DNA of 64,000 nt from an uncultured Actinomycetes bacterium (lineage in GTDB: Bacteria > Actinomycetota > UBA4738 > HRBIN12): contig CAVPIB010000001.1 in NCBI GenBank assembly GCA_963704885.1, forward strand, positions 64,001-128,000. The letters run 5' to 3'. A model generated the notes under the pieces. It had not been told where the DNA came from and ran no database searches. It saw only the letters and a list, made by a program, of their open reading frames with translations. Of this stretch, positions 9,407 through 18,521 are shown piece after piece; the first letter of the stretch is position 1, and each line of letters starts with the position of its first letter. Made by a program: the position numbers and the translations under genes.

Positions 9407-10954
9407 TCAGGCCAGACCGTGCTCGAACGCGAACGCCGTAGCGGCCGCACGGGATGAGACGTCGAGCTTCGCGAAGATGTTCTGCAGGTGCCGGGCGACG
9501 GTGTGTTCGCTGATCACCAGTTCCACGGCGATGTCGCGGTTCGTGCGCCCCGTGGCCACGAGGCGGAGCACTTCCGCCTCACGCGCCGTGAGCCCGCGCG
9601 GCAGATCCGAAGGATTAGCCAGGAGCTCGCGGACCGTCGTGGCGTCGGGCACCGCGCCCAGTCGTTCGAACGCTGACAGCGCCGCACGGAGCTCCATCGC
9701 CGCGTCGTCATCGTCGCCGGCGGCCCGCAGGGCCAGTCCGTAGGCCTTCCGAGCCAGCGCGGCCTCGTACGGGAGCCTGAGTTCCTGCCAGACGGTGCAT
9801 GCATGCCGCAACCGTTCGATCGCCCCTTGCACGTCGCCCTCGACCAGACGGAGCGTCCCTCGAGCCGCGGCAGCGGCCGCGTCCAGGGCCGGCACCTTCG
9901 CCTCAGCGGCGATCGCTTCGAGCTCGGATACGGCCTGGCGCGCGACGTCGAGGTCACTCATGGAGCTCGCGATGTCGACCTGTGCGGCAAGGAGCCGCGC
10001 GCGTCTGGCTATCCCGTCCGTTCCGGCTTCCAGCGAAACACGCAGCGCATGCAGCGCGGCGTCCGCCTTGCCTTGCGTCACGCGCAGGAGGGCAAGGCCG
10101 GGCTGGGGATCGAACCCGATCTCACGCGCGCGATCGAAGCACTCCCGCGCACCCTCGAGGTTTCCGATCCGGCGGCGGATCTCCCCTGCCTCGTACAGAG
10201 CTCGGCCGGCGATCATCGGGTCGTACACCACACCCTCGGCGACCATGGAGGCCTCGGTCTCCGCCTCTAACCACGCCCCGCGAAGGCCGGCGACCTCTGC
10301 GCGGTTGATCCGACAGAGCGCCGTGAATGGCGCATCCGGCGGCATGGTCGAGCACCAGGCAACGGCGGCGTCGCTCCACTCCCCGGCCCGACCGACGTCG
10401 GAGAGGCCTAGGCACGCCTCGAGGACACTGCAGTAGATAACCCCGGTGAAGTGCGAGCCCAGCTCGCCGGCGATCACGGAGATCATCGCCTCATCCAGGA
10501 GGGCCAACCCTGCACCGATCTGGCCGCCACCGATCGTGATGCGACCCTGCGCGTGGATTGACATCGCGGTCAGGTCTGGATCGCCGAAGCGCTGCCCGAT
10601 CTCCGTCGCGCTCTCCGCGAGCCGCAGCGCGGTCTCGTGCTCGCCCATCTCCAGCGCGACGTAGCCCTGCGCCATGGAGACGTAGCCGTGCTGAACGCAC
10701 GGTGCGACGTCCTGTAGATCGCGTTCCGCGCGCTTGAGCCAGCCCATCCCGATCGAGGGCTCGCCCCGATCGAAGTGTTCGAAGCAGAGGCGGACCGCGA
10801 CGGACGCGGCGGACGGACCATCACCCGCTGCCGAGTAGCCGGAGTGGGCGCGTTGGCGCAGGGCGAGCGCCTCGTCGAGCTCGCCGACCCACCACGCGGC
10901 ATCGGCCGCCCGCTCGAGTTCCGCGGGGTCGGTGGCGTCGGATCCATCGGACAT
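9407..10954 (-). CDS. LuxR-family regulator with TPR-like helical region
   Basis: C-terminal LTAREAEVLRLVATGRTNRDIA...ISEHTVARHLQNIFAKL HTH. Confidence 0.9.
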   Translation of the reverse strand: MSDGSDATDPAELERAADAAWWVGELDEALALRQRAHSGYSAAGDGPSAASVAVRLCFEHFDRGEPSIGMGWLKRAERDLQDVAPCVQHGYVSMAQGYVALEMGEHETALRLAESATEIGQRFGDPDLTAMSIHAQGRITIGGGQIGAGLALLDEAMISVIAGELGSHFTGVIYCSVLEACLGLSDVGRAGEWSDAAVAWCSTMPPDAPFTALCRINRAEVAGLRGAWLEAETEASMVAEGVVYDPMIAGRALYEAGEIRRRIGNLEGARECFDRAREIGFDPQPGLALLRVTQGKADAALHALRVSLEAGTDGIARRARLLAAQVDIASSMSDLDVARQAVSELEAIAAEAKVPALDAAAAAARGTLRLVEGDVQGAIERLRHACTVWQELRLPYEAALARKAYGLALRAAGDDDDAAMELRAALSAFERLGAVPDATTVRELLANPSDLPRGLTAREAEVLRLVATGRTNRDIAVELVISEHTVARHLQNIFAKLDVSSRAAATAFAFEHGLA

Positions 10955-11059
10955 GGCTTCCGACCCTACCCGAGGGAGGCGGGACCGGTCGTCCGCTTGG
11001 CCCCTGCACGTGACGCGATCCGCGTTCAGGGTTCGGTTCTTCGGCCACCCGTTCGACCC

Positions 11060-11196
11060 GTCAACCGGTTGACACGAACGGGCGGGCGCCCCACCACCGG
11101 GTGTCCACAGATTCACACGTGCGACCTGCGGTTTCTCTTGTCAACATGTGGACGTCCGCCGTGGAAAGTCCATCGTCGTCGCGTCAACCGGTGGAC
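11060..11196. repeat. Dispersed 137-bp element with four 14-bp palindromes, copy 2
   Basis: Units GTCAACCGGTTGAC (11060), GTCCACAGATTCAC (11103), GTCAACATGTGGAC (11140), GTCAACCGGTGGAC (11183); spacing 43/37/43; shares GTGCGACCTGCGGTT with copy 1. Confidence 0.85.
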
Positions 11197-11270
11197 ACCC
11201 GCCCCCTCGCACCACCTGCCGGGCCCCCGCTCCGACCGACTTCGCCGACCTGGCTGCTCGTCGGCCGCCG

Positions 11271-12152
11271 CTAAAGCTCGCGGAGGTACTGGGCGACGGC
11301 GCTCAGGTCGCGACCCGCGAACCCGGCCTCGAGCGCCAGGCCGACCGTCTCCCGGTTCTGGATCGCCTGATCCATCCGGGCGCCAACCTCCCGCGCGAGA
11401 TCGAGGATCAGATCGAGATCCTTCGCCATCAGCTCCAAGAGGAACGCGGGCGGCGTCTCATCGGGATGCTCGAACGCCGCTCGCTTGTACAGCACGAACG
11501 GCGCAGCGGCGGCGCCGGCGGCGAACACGTCGTACGCGGCGCTCCGATCGACCCCGGCCTTCTCGGCGAGCACGAGCGCCTCCGAGAGCCCGACGTCGAT
11601 CGCGTGGATCAGCGCGTTCACGGCGAGCTTGACGGTGGCTCCCGCGCCGAGCGCACCGACGTGGAATACATCGGCAGCGAGCGCGCCTAGGACGGGCCGC
11701 GCGCGCTCTAGCGCCGCGCCGTCGCCGCCCACCATGATCGTGAGCTTGCCCTTCTCCACCGCGGGCACGCTGCCCGAGACCGGAGCGTCGAGCAATGTCG
11801 CGCCCTGCTCTTGGACCAGCGACGCGACACGGCGAACCGTCGCGGGCGCGATCGTGCTCATCTCCAGGACGATCTGCCCTTCGTGCAGGCCGGCGAGGAC
11901 GCCGGCAGGCCCCTCGTACGTCTCGAGCACCGCCGCGTCGTCGGCCAAGCTCGAGATCACCACGTCCACTCCGGCTACCGCGTCCCCGGCGGTGTCCGCC
12001 ACTTCCGAGCCGGTGCGTTCGGCGACCTCCTGGGCGGCGGCGGCCGTTCGGTTCCACACGCGCACGGGGAACCCGGCTCGCCGGAGCGTCGCCGCCATCG
12101 CGCCACCCATGCGCCCCATACCGACGACGGCCACCGCCATCGGCGTCGTCAT
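11271..12152 (-). CDS. 3-hydroxyisobutyrate dehydrogenase-family NAD(P) oxidoreductase
   Basis: GMGRMG, LDAPVSGS, KLAVN, KDL motifs; ATGA overlap with the SDR gene. Confidence 0.92.
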   Translation of the reverse strand: MTTPMAVAVVGMGRMGGAMAATLRRAGFPVRVWNRTAAAAQEVAERTGSEVADTAGDAVAGVDVVISSLADDAAVLETYEGPAGVLAGLHEGQIVLEMSTIAPATVRRVASLVQEQGATLLDAPVSGSVPAVEKGKLTIMVGGDGAALERARPVLGALAADVFHVGALGAGATVKLAVNALIHAIDVGLSEALVLAEKAGVDRSAAYDVFAAGAAAAPFVLYKRAAFEHPDETPPAFLLELMAKDLDLILDLAREVGARMDQAIQNRETVGLALEAGFAGRDLSAVAQYLREL

Positions 12153-12850
12153 GTCAGCGACCAACCTCCGTCGATCCGCAGCTCCGTCCCGTGCATCGAC
12201 GGATTCTCCAGCAGGAACACGGCTGCGTCGGTCACGTCGCGCATCTCGACCAGACGTCCGGTTGGGGTCTTCGCGCGCGTTGCCTCGAGCGCCTCGGTCT
12301 TCGGCGCCCAGAACGGGCTGTCCGCCACGATCCCGGGATGCAGCGCGTTCACTCGGATCGGAGGGAGCTCCGCGGCCATCGTCCGGACCAGTCCGTCCAC
12401 CCCGTGGTTGATCGTCGTGATCGTCGTGGAGCCCGGATACGGGCGCAGCTTCGCGAGGCCCCCATAGATGACGATCGACGCGTCGGGCGTGAGCCGCCCG
12501 AGCAGCGCGTGGACCGTTTCGGTGTAGCCCACGAGCTTCAGGGTGACCAGGCGGATCGCCTTCACGACGTCGTAGTCGGCGACGCTGTTGAGGTCGCGGT
12601 CGAGGGCCGCCAGGGCGAGCCGGTCGACGGTGCCGATCCCCGCGAGCCCCGGGGCGATCGTCTCGGGCTCGGACAGGTCGAACGCCGCGCTTCCCACGTT
12701 CTCGCCCAGCTCCCGGGCGGCGGCGGCGGCACGCTCCGCGTCGCGGCCCGTTACGACGACCTGGCGCCCCGCCTCGGTGTAGTGCCGCGCGAGGTCACGC
12801 CCGAGCCCCTGGGTCCCGCCGATCACGACCACGGTTCGTTCGTCTGTCAT
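12149..12850 (-). CDS. Short-chain dehydrogenase/reductase
   Basis: GGTQGLG, IRVNALHPG, IDGG. It is the C-terminal part of the long track ORF; start at MTDERTVV. Confidence 0.88.
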   Translation of the reverse strand: MTDERTVVVIGGTQGLGRDLARHYTEAGRQVVVTGRDAERAAAAARELGENVGSAAFDLSEPETIAPGLAGIGTVDRLALAALDRDLNSVADYDVVKAIRLVTLKLVGYTETVHALLGRLTPDASIVIYGGLAKLRPYPGSTTITTINHGVDGLVRTMAAELPPIRVNALHPGIVADSPFWAPKTEALEATRAKTPTGRLVEMRDVTDAAVFLLENPSMHGTELRIDGGWSLT

Positions 12851-12861
12851 CGAGCCTCCAG

Positions 12862-13755
12862 TCATCCTTCGGATGTCGCCTGTCGCAGGTAGTCCCAATC
12901 CCGGGCGAACCGGTACGAGTGACGCGAAGGTGGTTGCGGGGCTTGGGTTTCGAGCCACCGCACCGCACCCGGTCCCGGGTTGTCGAACGAATGGACGCAG
13001 CCCACCCCCGCCCAGGCGATGTCGCCGACCTCCAGTCGATAGGCCTCGCCGTCGAACGCCGCGTCCACCGCTCCATCGAGGATCAGGTACGTCTCTTCGA
13101 ACGGGTGATCGTGTGCGCCCGCAAGCCCGCGAGGTTCGTACTGCACCATGAACATCGTGAGGCTCTCGGCCCCCAGCTCGCGATCGATCATCATCTTCAC
13201 CGTGATGCCGCTGTAGACGAGCAACGCCGTCCGCATGCTGGCCGAGACCGCGAGCATGTCCTGGGTCTGCTTGCCGACCTCCATGTTCTGCGGGTCGATG
13301 TGGCCGAACGAACGAGTACGAGGATCGCGCACGTCGATCGGCGCCGGGTCGCGGATGGGAAGCGCCGGCACCGGATACGTGTCGCCGGCGACGCGAGCCC
13401 GCTGCTGCGGCGCCCACATCGTCGCCCACCGAGCGGGCGCTTCCGACACGTTGCGGAGCCCGTGAGGCGCGCCGATCGACGTCACGCCATAGTCGCCCGC
13501 ACCGAGCAGGAACGCGCCGTCGGCGGTGTCCAGGACCACCTCGCCCTCCAGCACGAAGAGACTGTCCTCGAAGCTGTGAACGTGCGCCGGGATCGCGCCG
13601 CCGGGGGCCAGCTCGGCGATCGCGAACGTCGTGTGGACGGCCCCGGGCGTGTCCTCGTCCACCACGGACCACCGACGGAAGCCCGACGCGGTGGAACCCG
13701 GCGGGACGGCGAGATCGATCTCGCCACCCCGCCGGACCAGGTGACGGGAGCTCAT
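12862..13755 (-). CDS. Bicupin protein
   Basis: Two cupin motifs: HVHSFEDS...PH and HDHPFEE...VH. Confidence 0.88.
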   Translation of the reverse strand: MSSRHLVRRGGEIDLAVPPGSTASGFRRWSVVDEDTPGAVHTTFAIAELAPGGAIPAHVHSFEDSLFVLEGEVVLDTADGAFLLGAGDYGVTSIGAPHGLRNVSEAPARWATMWAPQQRARVAGDTYPVPALPIRDPAPIDVRDPRTRSFGHIDPQNMEVGKQTQDMLAVSASMRTALLVYSGITVKMMIDRELGAESLTMFMVQYEPRGLAGAHDHPFEETYLILDGAVDAAFDGEAYRLEVGDIAWAGVGCVHSFDNPGPGAVRWLETQAPQPPSRHSYRFARDWDYLRQATSEG

Positions 13756-15116
13756 GATCCCGCCGACTCTTGCTTCTTCTTGGCGAGCGCCTCCAACAGG
13801 TAGGCGCTCGATGTCTCGACCCTCTTCCGCGCGGAGTCCCAATCCCCCGTGAGCTTGCCGTCCCGCTTGCGGGTGGCGCCCCCGACGATCACGGTGTCGA
13901 CGTTGGAGGTGTCGGCAGCGAGCACCACCGTCCCGACCGGGTCGATCACGGGAGCCGTCCCGGGAGCGGTCCCGTCGATCACGACCACATCGGCCTGCTT
14001 GCCCGGCGTCAGCGAACCGACCCGATCCTCGAGCCCGGCAACATGCGCGCCGTCGAGAGTCGCCATCGTGAGCATGTCGCGCGCTGTGAGCGCGTTCGAA
14101 GGCAACGGGTCCTCGCTCTCCCAGACGGAATCGTTCGACCTCCAACGCTCCTCGGCGAAGGCGCACCGCATCTCGGTGAACATGTCGCCGGGCACCGTGG
14201 TCACGACGTCGATCGACAGGCTAGGGCGCAGCCCGACGGCCTTCGCCTTCATGAACGGCGGCCAGCCGTGGCCCATCTGCATCTCCACCTGAGGAGCGAT
14301 CGAGATCGTGCCTTTGCTCTTGGCCACGAGTTCCCATTCCTCATCGGTGAAGTAGCAGCAGTGGATGTAGGTGGTATCCGCGCCGAGCAAGCCCAGCCCG
14401 TCGAGTTGCTTGACCATCCCCCACTTGCCGGCGAGCTTCCCCATCGCGATGTGCACCGTGATCGGGATGCCCAGATCGCGGGCCATCCCCCACTCAGCCT
14501 TCACGACGTCGTCTTGGCAGAACCCGGGACCACGCGTCGCGAGGCCCATCGTGAGCAGCCCGTCGTTGGAGGAGAAGTAGGTCGAGTGGATCCGCTCAAC
14601 GTCGTCACGCGGGATCACGATCGAGCTGTTGAACCAGTAGTCGGCGAGCGAAGTGTTGGCGCTGCCGTAGGCGTAGAGCGCGCGGATCCCGGCTTCCTTC
14701 AGGCCCTGGATCGCCGCGTCCGGATGATCGGGCGTGTTGTTGATGTGCGACCAATCGACGAGCGTCGTGATGCCGGCGTTCAGGCACTCCATCGCGCCCG
14801 CCAGGTCGCTCGCGTAGACGTCCTCGGGCCGGTACAGCGGAGCGAAGCTGTCGAGCACCTCGACGAAGTAGTCGTCCAGCGTGGCGTTCGGCGCGCAGCT
14901 GCGGATCGCCGCCTCCCACGTGTGACGATGCGTGTCCACGAACCCGGGGATCACGATGCTCCCCGTGCAGTCGATCACCTGCGCGTCGGCTGAGATGTCC
15001 TTGCCGACCTGCGCGATGGTGTCTCCCTCGATCAGGACGTCGCCTCCCGCGATGTCACCCAACCCGGGGTCGACCGTGAGCACATGACCCCCTCGCAACA
15101 AGATCCGATCCGCCAT
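13752..15116 (-). CDS. Metal-dependent amidohydrolase (MTA/SAH deaminase-like)
   Basis: PGFVDTHRH, TVHI, YIHC, SIDV, GSLTPGKQAD. Confidence 0.92.
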   Translation of the reverse strand: MADRILLRGGHVLTVDPGLGDIAGGDVLIEGDTIAQVGKDISADAQVIDCTGSIVIPGFVDTHRHTWEAAIRSCAPNATLDDYFVEVLDSFAPLYRPEDVYASDLAGAMECLNAGITTLVDWSHINNTPDHPDAAIQGLKEAGIRALYAYGSANTSLADYWFNSSIVIPRDDVERIHSTYFSSNDGLLTMGLATRGPGFCQDDVVKAEWGMARDLGIPITVHIAMGKLAGKWGMVKQLDGLGLLGADTTYIHCCYFTDEEWELVAKSKGTISIAPQVEMQMGHGWPPFMKAKAVGLRPSLSIDVVTTVPGDMFTEMRCAFAEERWRSNDSVWESEDPLPSNALTARDMLTMATLDGAHVAGLEDRVGSLTPGKQADVVVIDGTAPGTAPVIDPVGTVVLAADTSNVDTVIVGGATRKRDGKLTGDWDSARKRVETSSAYLLEALAKKKQESAGS

Positions 15117-15149
15117 CTCTTCCCCCTCCTCCCCTCGATCCCTGTCGGC

Positions 15150-16124
15150 TCACTTCACGGCGCGCAGGACGCCCTCGACGATCCGATCGACGGACGGGAT
15201 CGCGGCATCCTCGAGCACGTCGGCGGATGGCAGCGGCAGGTGCGGCGTCGTCACGCGAACGATAGGTCCGTCGAGCGCGAAGAATCCTTCCTCCGCAACG
15301 ATCGACGAGATCTCCGCGCCCCAGCCGCATAGACGCGGATTCTCCTCGACCGTGACGAGGTGGCTGGTCCTGCCCACGGAGTCCAAGATCGTGCTTACGT
15401 CGAGCGGCACCAGTGAACGGACGTCGATCACCTCGACCGACACGCCGTCACCGTCCAGCCGATCGGCCGCATCCAGCGCCTTCGGGACCATCGCGCCCAG
15501 CGCGCAGATCGTGACGTCGCCACCGGAACGGAGCACCCGAGCGGTCCCGAGACTATCCACGATCTCTCCGTCGGGAACATCACCCTTCGTCGAGTAGAGC
15601 ACCTTCGGCTCGATGACGATCACGGGATCCGGGTCACGGACCGCCGCGGCGAACAACCCGATCATGTCGACCGGTGTGGATGGGACCACTACCTTCAGGC
15701 CCGGGATCGCCATCATCCAGGACTCCACGCTCTGGGAGTGCTGCGCGCCGAACCGCACGCCGCCGCCGTTCGCGGTCCGGATCACGAGCGGCAGGGCGAC
15801 CTGTCCGTTCGTCATATAGCGGGTCTTCGCGATCTGGTTAGCCACGATGTCCCAGCAGACGGCGAAGAAGTCGCTGAACATCAGCTCGGCGATCGGGCGC
15901 AGACCGTTCATGGCCGCTCCCATCGCCGCGCCGATGATGGCCTGCTCGCTGATCGGTGTGTCGCGCACCCGCTCGGGGCCGAACCGATCGAGCAACCCCT
16001 CGGTCGTCTTGAACACACCGCCTGCCGCCGCGATGTCCTCGCCTATGAAGTAGACGGTCGGGTCGTGCTCCATCTCCTGGGCGATAGCGCGCGCGACGGC
16101 CTCGCGGTAGGTCAGCTCCGCCAT
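15150..16124 (-). CDS. ThDP-dependent dehydrogenase E1 beta subunit
   Basis: GEDI, DTPISEQ, AQHSQS motifs. Confidence 0.93.
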   Translation of the reverse strand: MAELTYREAVARAIAQEMEHDPTVYFIGEDIAAAGGVFKTTEGLLDRFGPERVRDTPISEQAIIGAAMGAAMNGLRPIAELMFSDFFAVCWDIVANQIAKTRYMTNGQVALPLVIRTANGGGVRFGAQHSQSVESWMMAIPGLKVVVPSTPVDMIGLFAAAVRDPDPVIVIEPKVLYSTKGDVPDGEIVDSLGTARVLRSGGDVTICALGAMVPKALDAADRLDGDGVSVEVIDVRSLVPLDVSTILDSVGRTSHLVTVEENPRLCGWGAEISSIVAEEGFFALDGPIVRVTTPHLPLPSADVLEDAAIPSVDRIVEGVLRAVK

Positions 16125-17110
16125 GCGGACCCCCCATCGGCCCACAGCTCGGTGTCGAGCGAGGCCGGGTCGGGCAGCGGCGCGGCCTTCGCTTCCTCGG
16201 TCGCGCGGTCTACGGCAGCAAGGACATCGACGTCGATCGCGTCAAGCACGCCGGCCTCCACGCCCTCGCCCACCAGGCGCTCGCGGTACATGGGGATGGG
16301 ATCCCGCCCCATCCACTCGGCGACCTCGTCGTCGGGCCGGTACTTCCCGGGATCGGCGCGCGAGTGGCCGCCGTGACGGTACGTCACGGCCTCAACCAGC
16401 GAAGGGCCCTCGCCCGCCCGAGCTCGATCGACGGCGCGCCGGGCCACCTCGTGCACCTCGTCTGGATCGTTGCCGTCGACGAGGATCGACTCCAGGCCGT
16501 AGGCGGAGGCCCGGTCGGCCGCCGGATGCTCCACCGCAGTAACGTCGCCGATCGCCGTGTACTCCATATATAGGTTGTTCTCGCAGACGTAGACGACCGG
16601 CAGGTTCCAGACCACCGCCAGGTTCAGCGCCTCGTGGAACGCACCGATGTTCGTGGTCCCGTCGCCGAAGAAACAGACCGCGACCTGTCCGGTGCCGCGG
16701 GCTTGCGCCGCCCAAGCCGCCCCCGCCGCGATGGGCATGTGCGCGCCGACGATCGCGTAGGACCCCATCGCGCCGTGCTCGACGTCGGTCAGGTGCATCG
16801 ACCCGCCCTTGCCGCCGCACACGCCGGTCCCTCGGCCCATGAGCTCGGCCATGAGGCCGCCCATCGGCGCCCCGCGAAGCAGCGTGTGAACGTGGCCGCG
16901 GTACGTGCAGAACACCAGGTCCTTCGGCTCCAGGGCGGCGGCGAACCCGGCGGCGACAGCCTCCTGGCCCAGACCCAGGTGCGAGGTCCCCTTGACCAGG
17001 CCCTCTAGGAACAGGTCGTGCGCCCGCTTCTCGAACAGGCGCCCTTCCTGCATCTTCCGGTAGATGTCGAGCCGGACCTCCAGGCCCGGCACCGTCGCCG
17101 TCTCAGTCAT
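16112..17110 (-). CDS. ThDP-dependent dehydrogenase E1 alpha subunit
   Basis: GKGGSMH, GDG...ENN ThDP motif, YRHGGHS. Confidence 0.93.
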   Translation of the reverse strand: MTETATVPGLEVRLDIYRKMQEGRLFEKRAHDLFLEGLVKGTSHLGLGQEAVAAGFAAALEPKDLVFCTYRGHVHTLLRGAPMGGLMAELMGRGTGVCGGKGGSMHLTDVEHGAMGSYAIVGAHMPIAAGAAWAAQARGTGQVAVCFFGDGTTNIGAFHEALNLAVVWNLPVVYVCENNLYMEYTAIGDVTAVEHPAADRASAYGLESILVDGNDPDEVHEVARRAVDRARAGEGPSLVEAVTYRHGGHSRADPGKYRPDDEVAEWMGRDPIPMYRERLVGEGVEAGVLDAIDVDVLAAVDRATEEAKAAPLPDPASLDTELWADGGSAWRS

Positions 17111-17141
17111 CGTCCTCCTCGGCGTTCGTCAGCGACCATGC

Positions 17142-18401
17142 TCAGTACTCGTTCGCGACCATGAGCTCTTCGCACGGGAACAGCGTGATCACGCGGCAGC
17201 CGTCCGGGGTGACGACGACCTCTTCCTCGATCCGCGCAGCCGAGCGTCCGTCCGTGGCCGGACAGTACGTCTCCAGCGCGAACAGCATCCCTTCCTTGAT
17301 CTCCAGGGGATCCACGAAGGAATTCAGACGCGTGATGATCGGGCGCTCGTGCAGGCTGACCCCGACCCCATGGCCGAACTGAAGCCCGAACGCGTCCATC
17401 TCGTCTTGGAACCCGAACTCCTCGGCCCTGGGCCACACGGCCGCGATCTGGTCCGTCGAGACCCCCGGCTTGACGAGGTCGATGGCGGCGTCCATCCATT
17501 CGCGCGAGCGCTTGAACGCGTCGCGCTGCGCCGTGGTGGCGCGACCGACGACGAACGTCCGGTAATAGCAGGTCCGGTATCCGTTGAAGACGTGGATGAT
17601 GTCGAAGTACGCCTGATCGCCGGGACGGATCAGCCGGTCGGTGAAGACGTGCGGGTGCGGGCTGCACCGCTCGCCGGCGATCGAGTTGATCGCCTCCACG
17701 AACTCCGACCCCATCTCGAACAGGCGCGCATGCGCGAGGGCCACGATGTCGCTCTCGCGGACCCCCGGCTTCAGGGCCTCGAAGATGTCCTGATAGACCC
17801 CGTCGACCATCGCGCAAGCCTGCGTCAACAACATGATCTCGTCCTGGCTCTTGATCTCACGCGCATCGGCCATCACCTGCTGGCCGTCGCGCACAACGAT
17901 CCCGGCGTTCGCGAGCTCGAGGAAGATCGACGTCTCGGCGACGTCCACACCGAGCGGCATGTCGCCCACACCCTCTTCGACCATGATCGAGTGGATCTCC
18001 TGCACGGCGCGCGCTTGCAGGCCGACGCGCGGGTGGATCGCACCCTGGAGCCCGGTGTTGCCGGCGACCGAGTTCGTCTCGTCGTACAGGTGGGGCAGCT
18101 GCAGCCGGTGCGCCTTCGCCGCGGATCCGAAGTCGAATATCCGTGGCCGTCCCGTCCGCGTGAGGAGCGCGTAGCGTTCGCCCTTGTTGAAAGCCCAGTA
18201 GCCGATCTGCGTTGCCGTTACGTAGCGGATGTTGCTCGTGTCGAACAGGAGGAGCGCGCCCAGGTCGGAGGCCTCGAGCGCCTCACGAGTGCGCTTCAGC
18301 CGGTACGTTCGGAGCCGCTCGAAGTCGACGCGGACCTCCCAGTCGACGCCGGCGATGCCGGGAGCGGGGGTGGTCGCGACCGGGAACCCGTTCGTCGTCA
18401 T
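17142..18401 (-). CDS. M24 (Xaa-Pro peptidase/creatinase fold) hydrolase
   Basis: IKSQDEI, GHGVGVSLHE, ALETY, RIEEE. Confidence 0.9.
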   Translation of the reverse strand: MTTNGFPVATTPAPGIAGVDWEVRVDFERLRTYRLKRTREALEASDLGALLLFDTSNIRYVTATQIGYWAFNKGERYALLTRTGRPRIFDFGSAAKAHRLQLPHLYDETNSVAGNTGLQGAIHPRVGLQARAVQEIHSIMVEEGVGDMPLGVDVAETSIFLELANAGIVVRDGQQVMADAREIKSQDEIMLLTQACAMVDGVYQDIFEALKPGVRESDIVALAHARLFEMGSEFVEAINSIAGERCSPHPHVFTDRLIRPGDQAYFDIIHVFNGYRTCYYRTFVVGRATTAQRDAFKRSREWMDAAIDLVKPGVSTDQIAAVWPRAEEFGFQDEMDAFGLQFGHGVGVSLHERPIITRLNSFVDPLEIKEGMLFALETYCPATDGRSAARIEEEVVVTPDGCRVITLFPCEELMVANEY

Positions 18402-18521
18402 CGGCCTGCCCTCCTCGACCCTTGGGAGCGGTGACCACCCTCTTGACAGCCCCACTGTACGGGTCGGTCGCGAAGTGCATCCACGGTGTCCAGTCCCGCT
18501 TGTCTCATGACGTTCTCCTCC

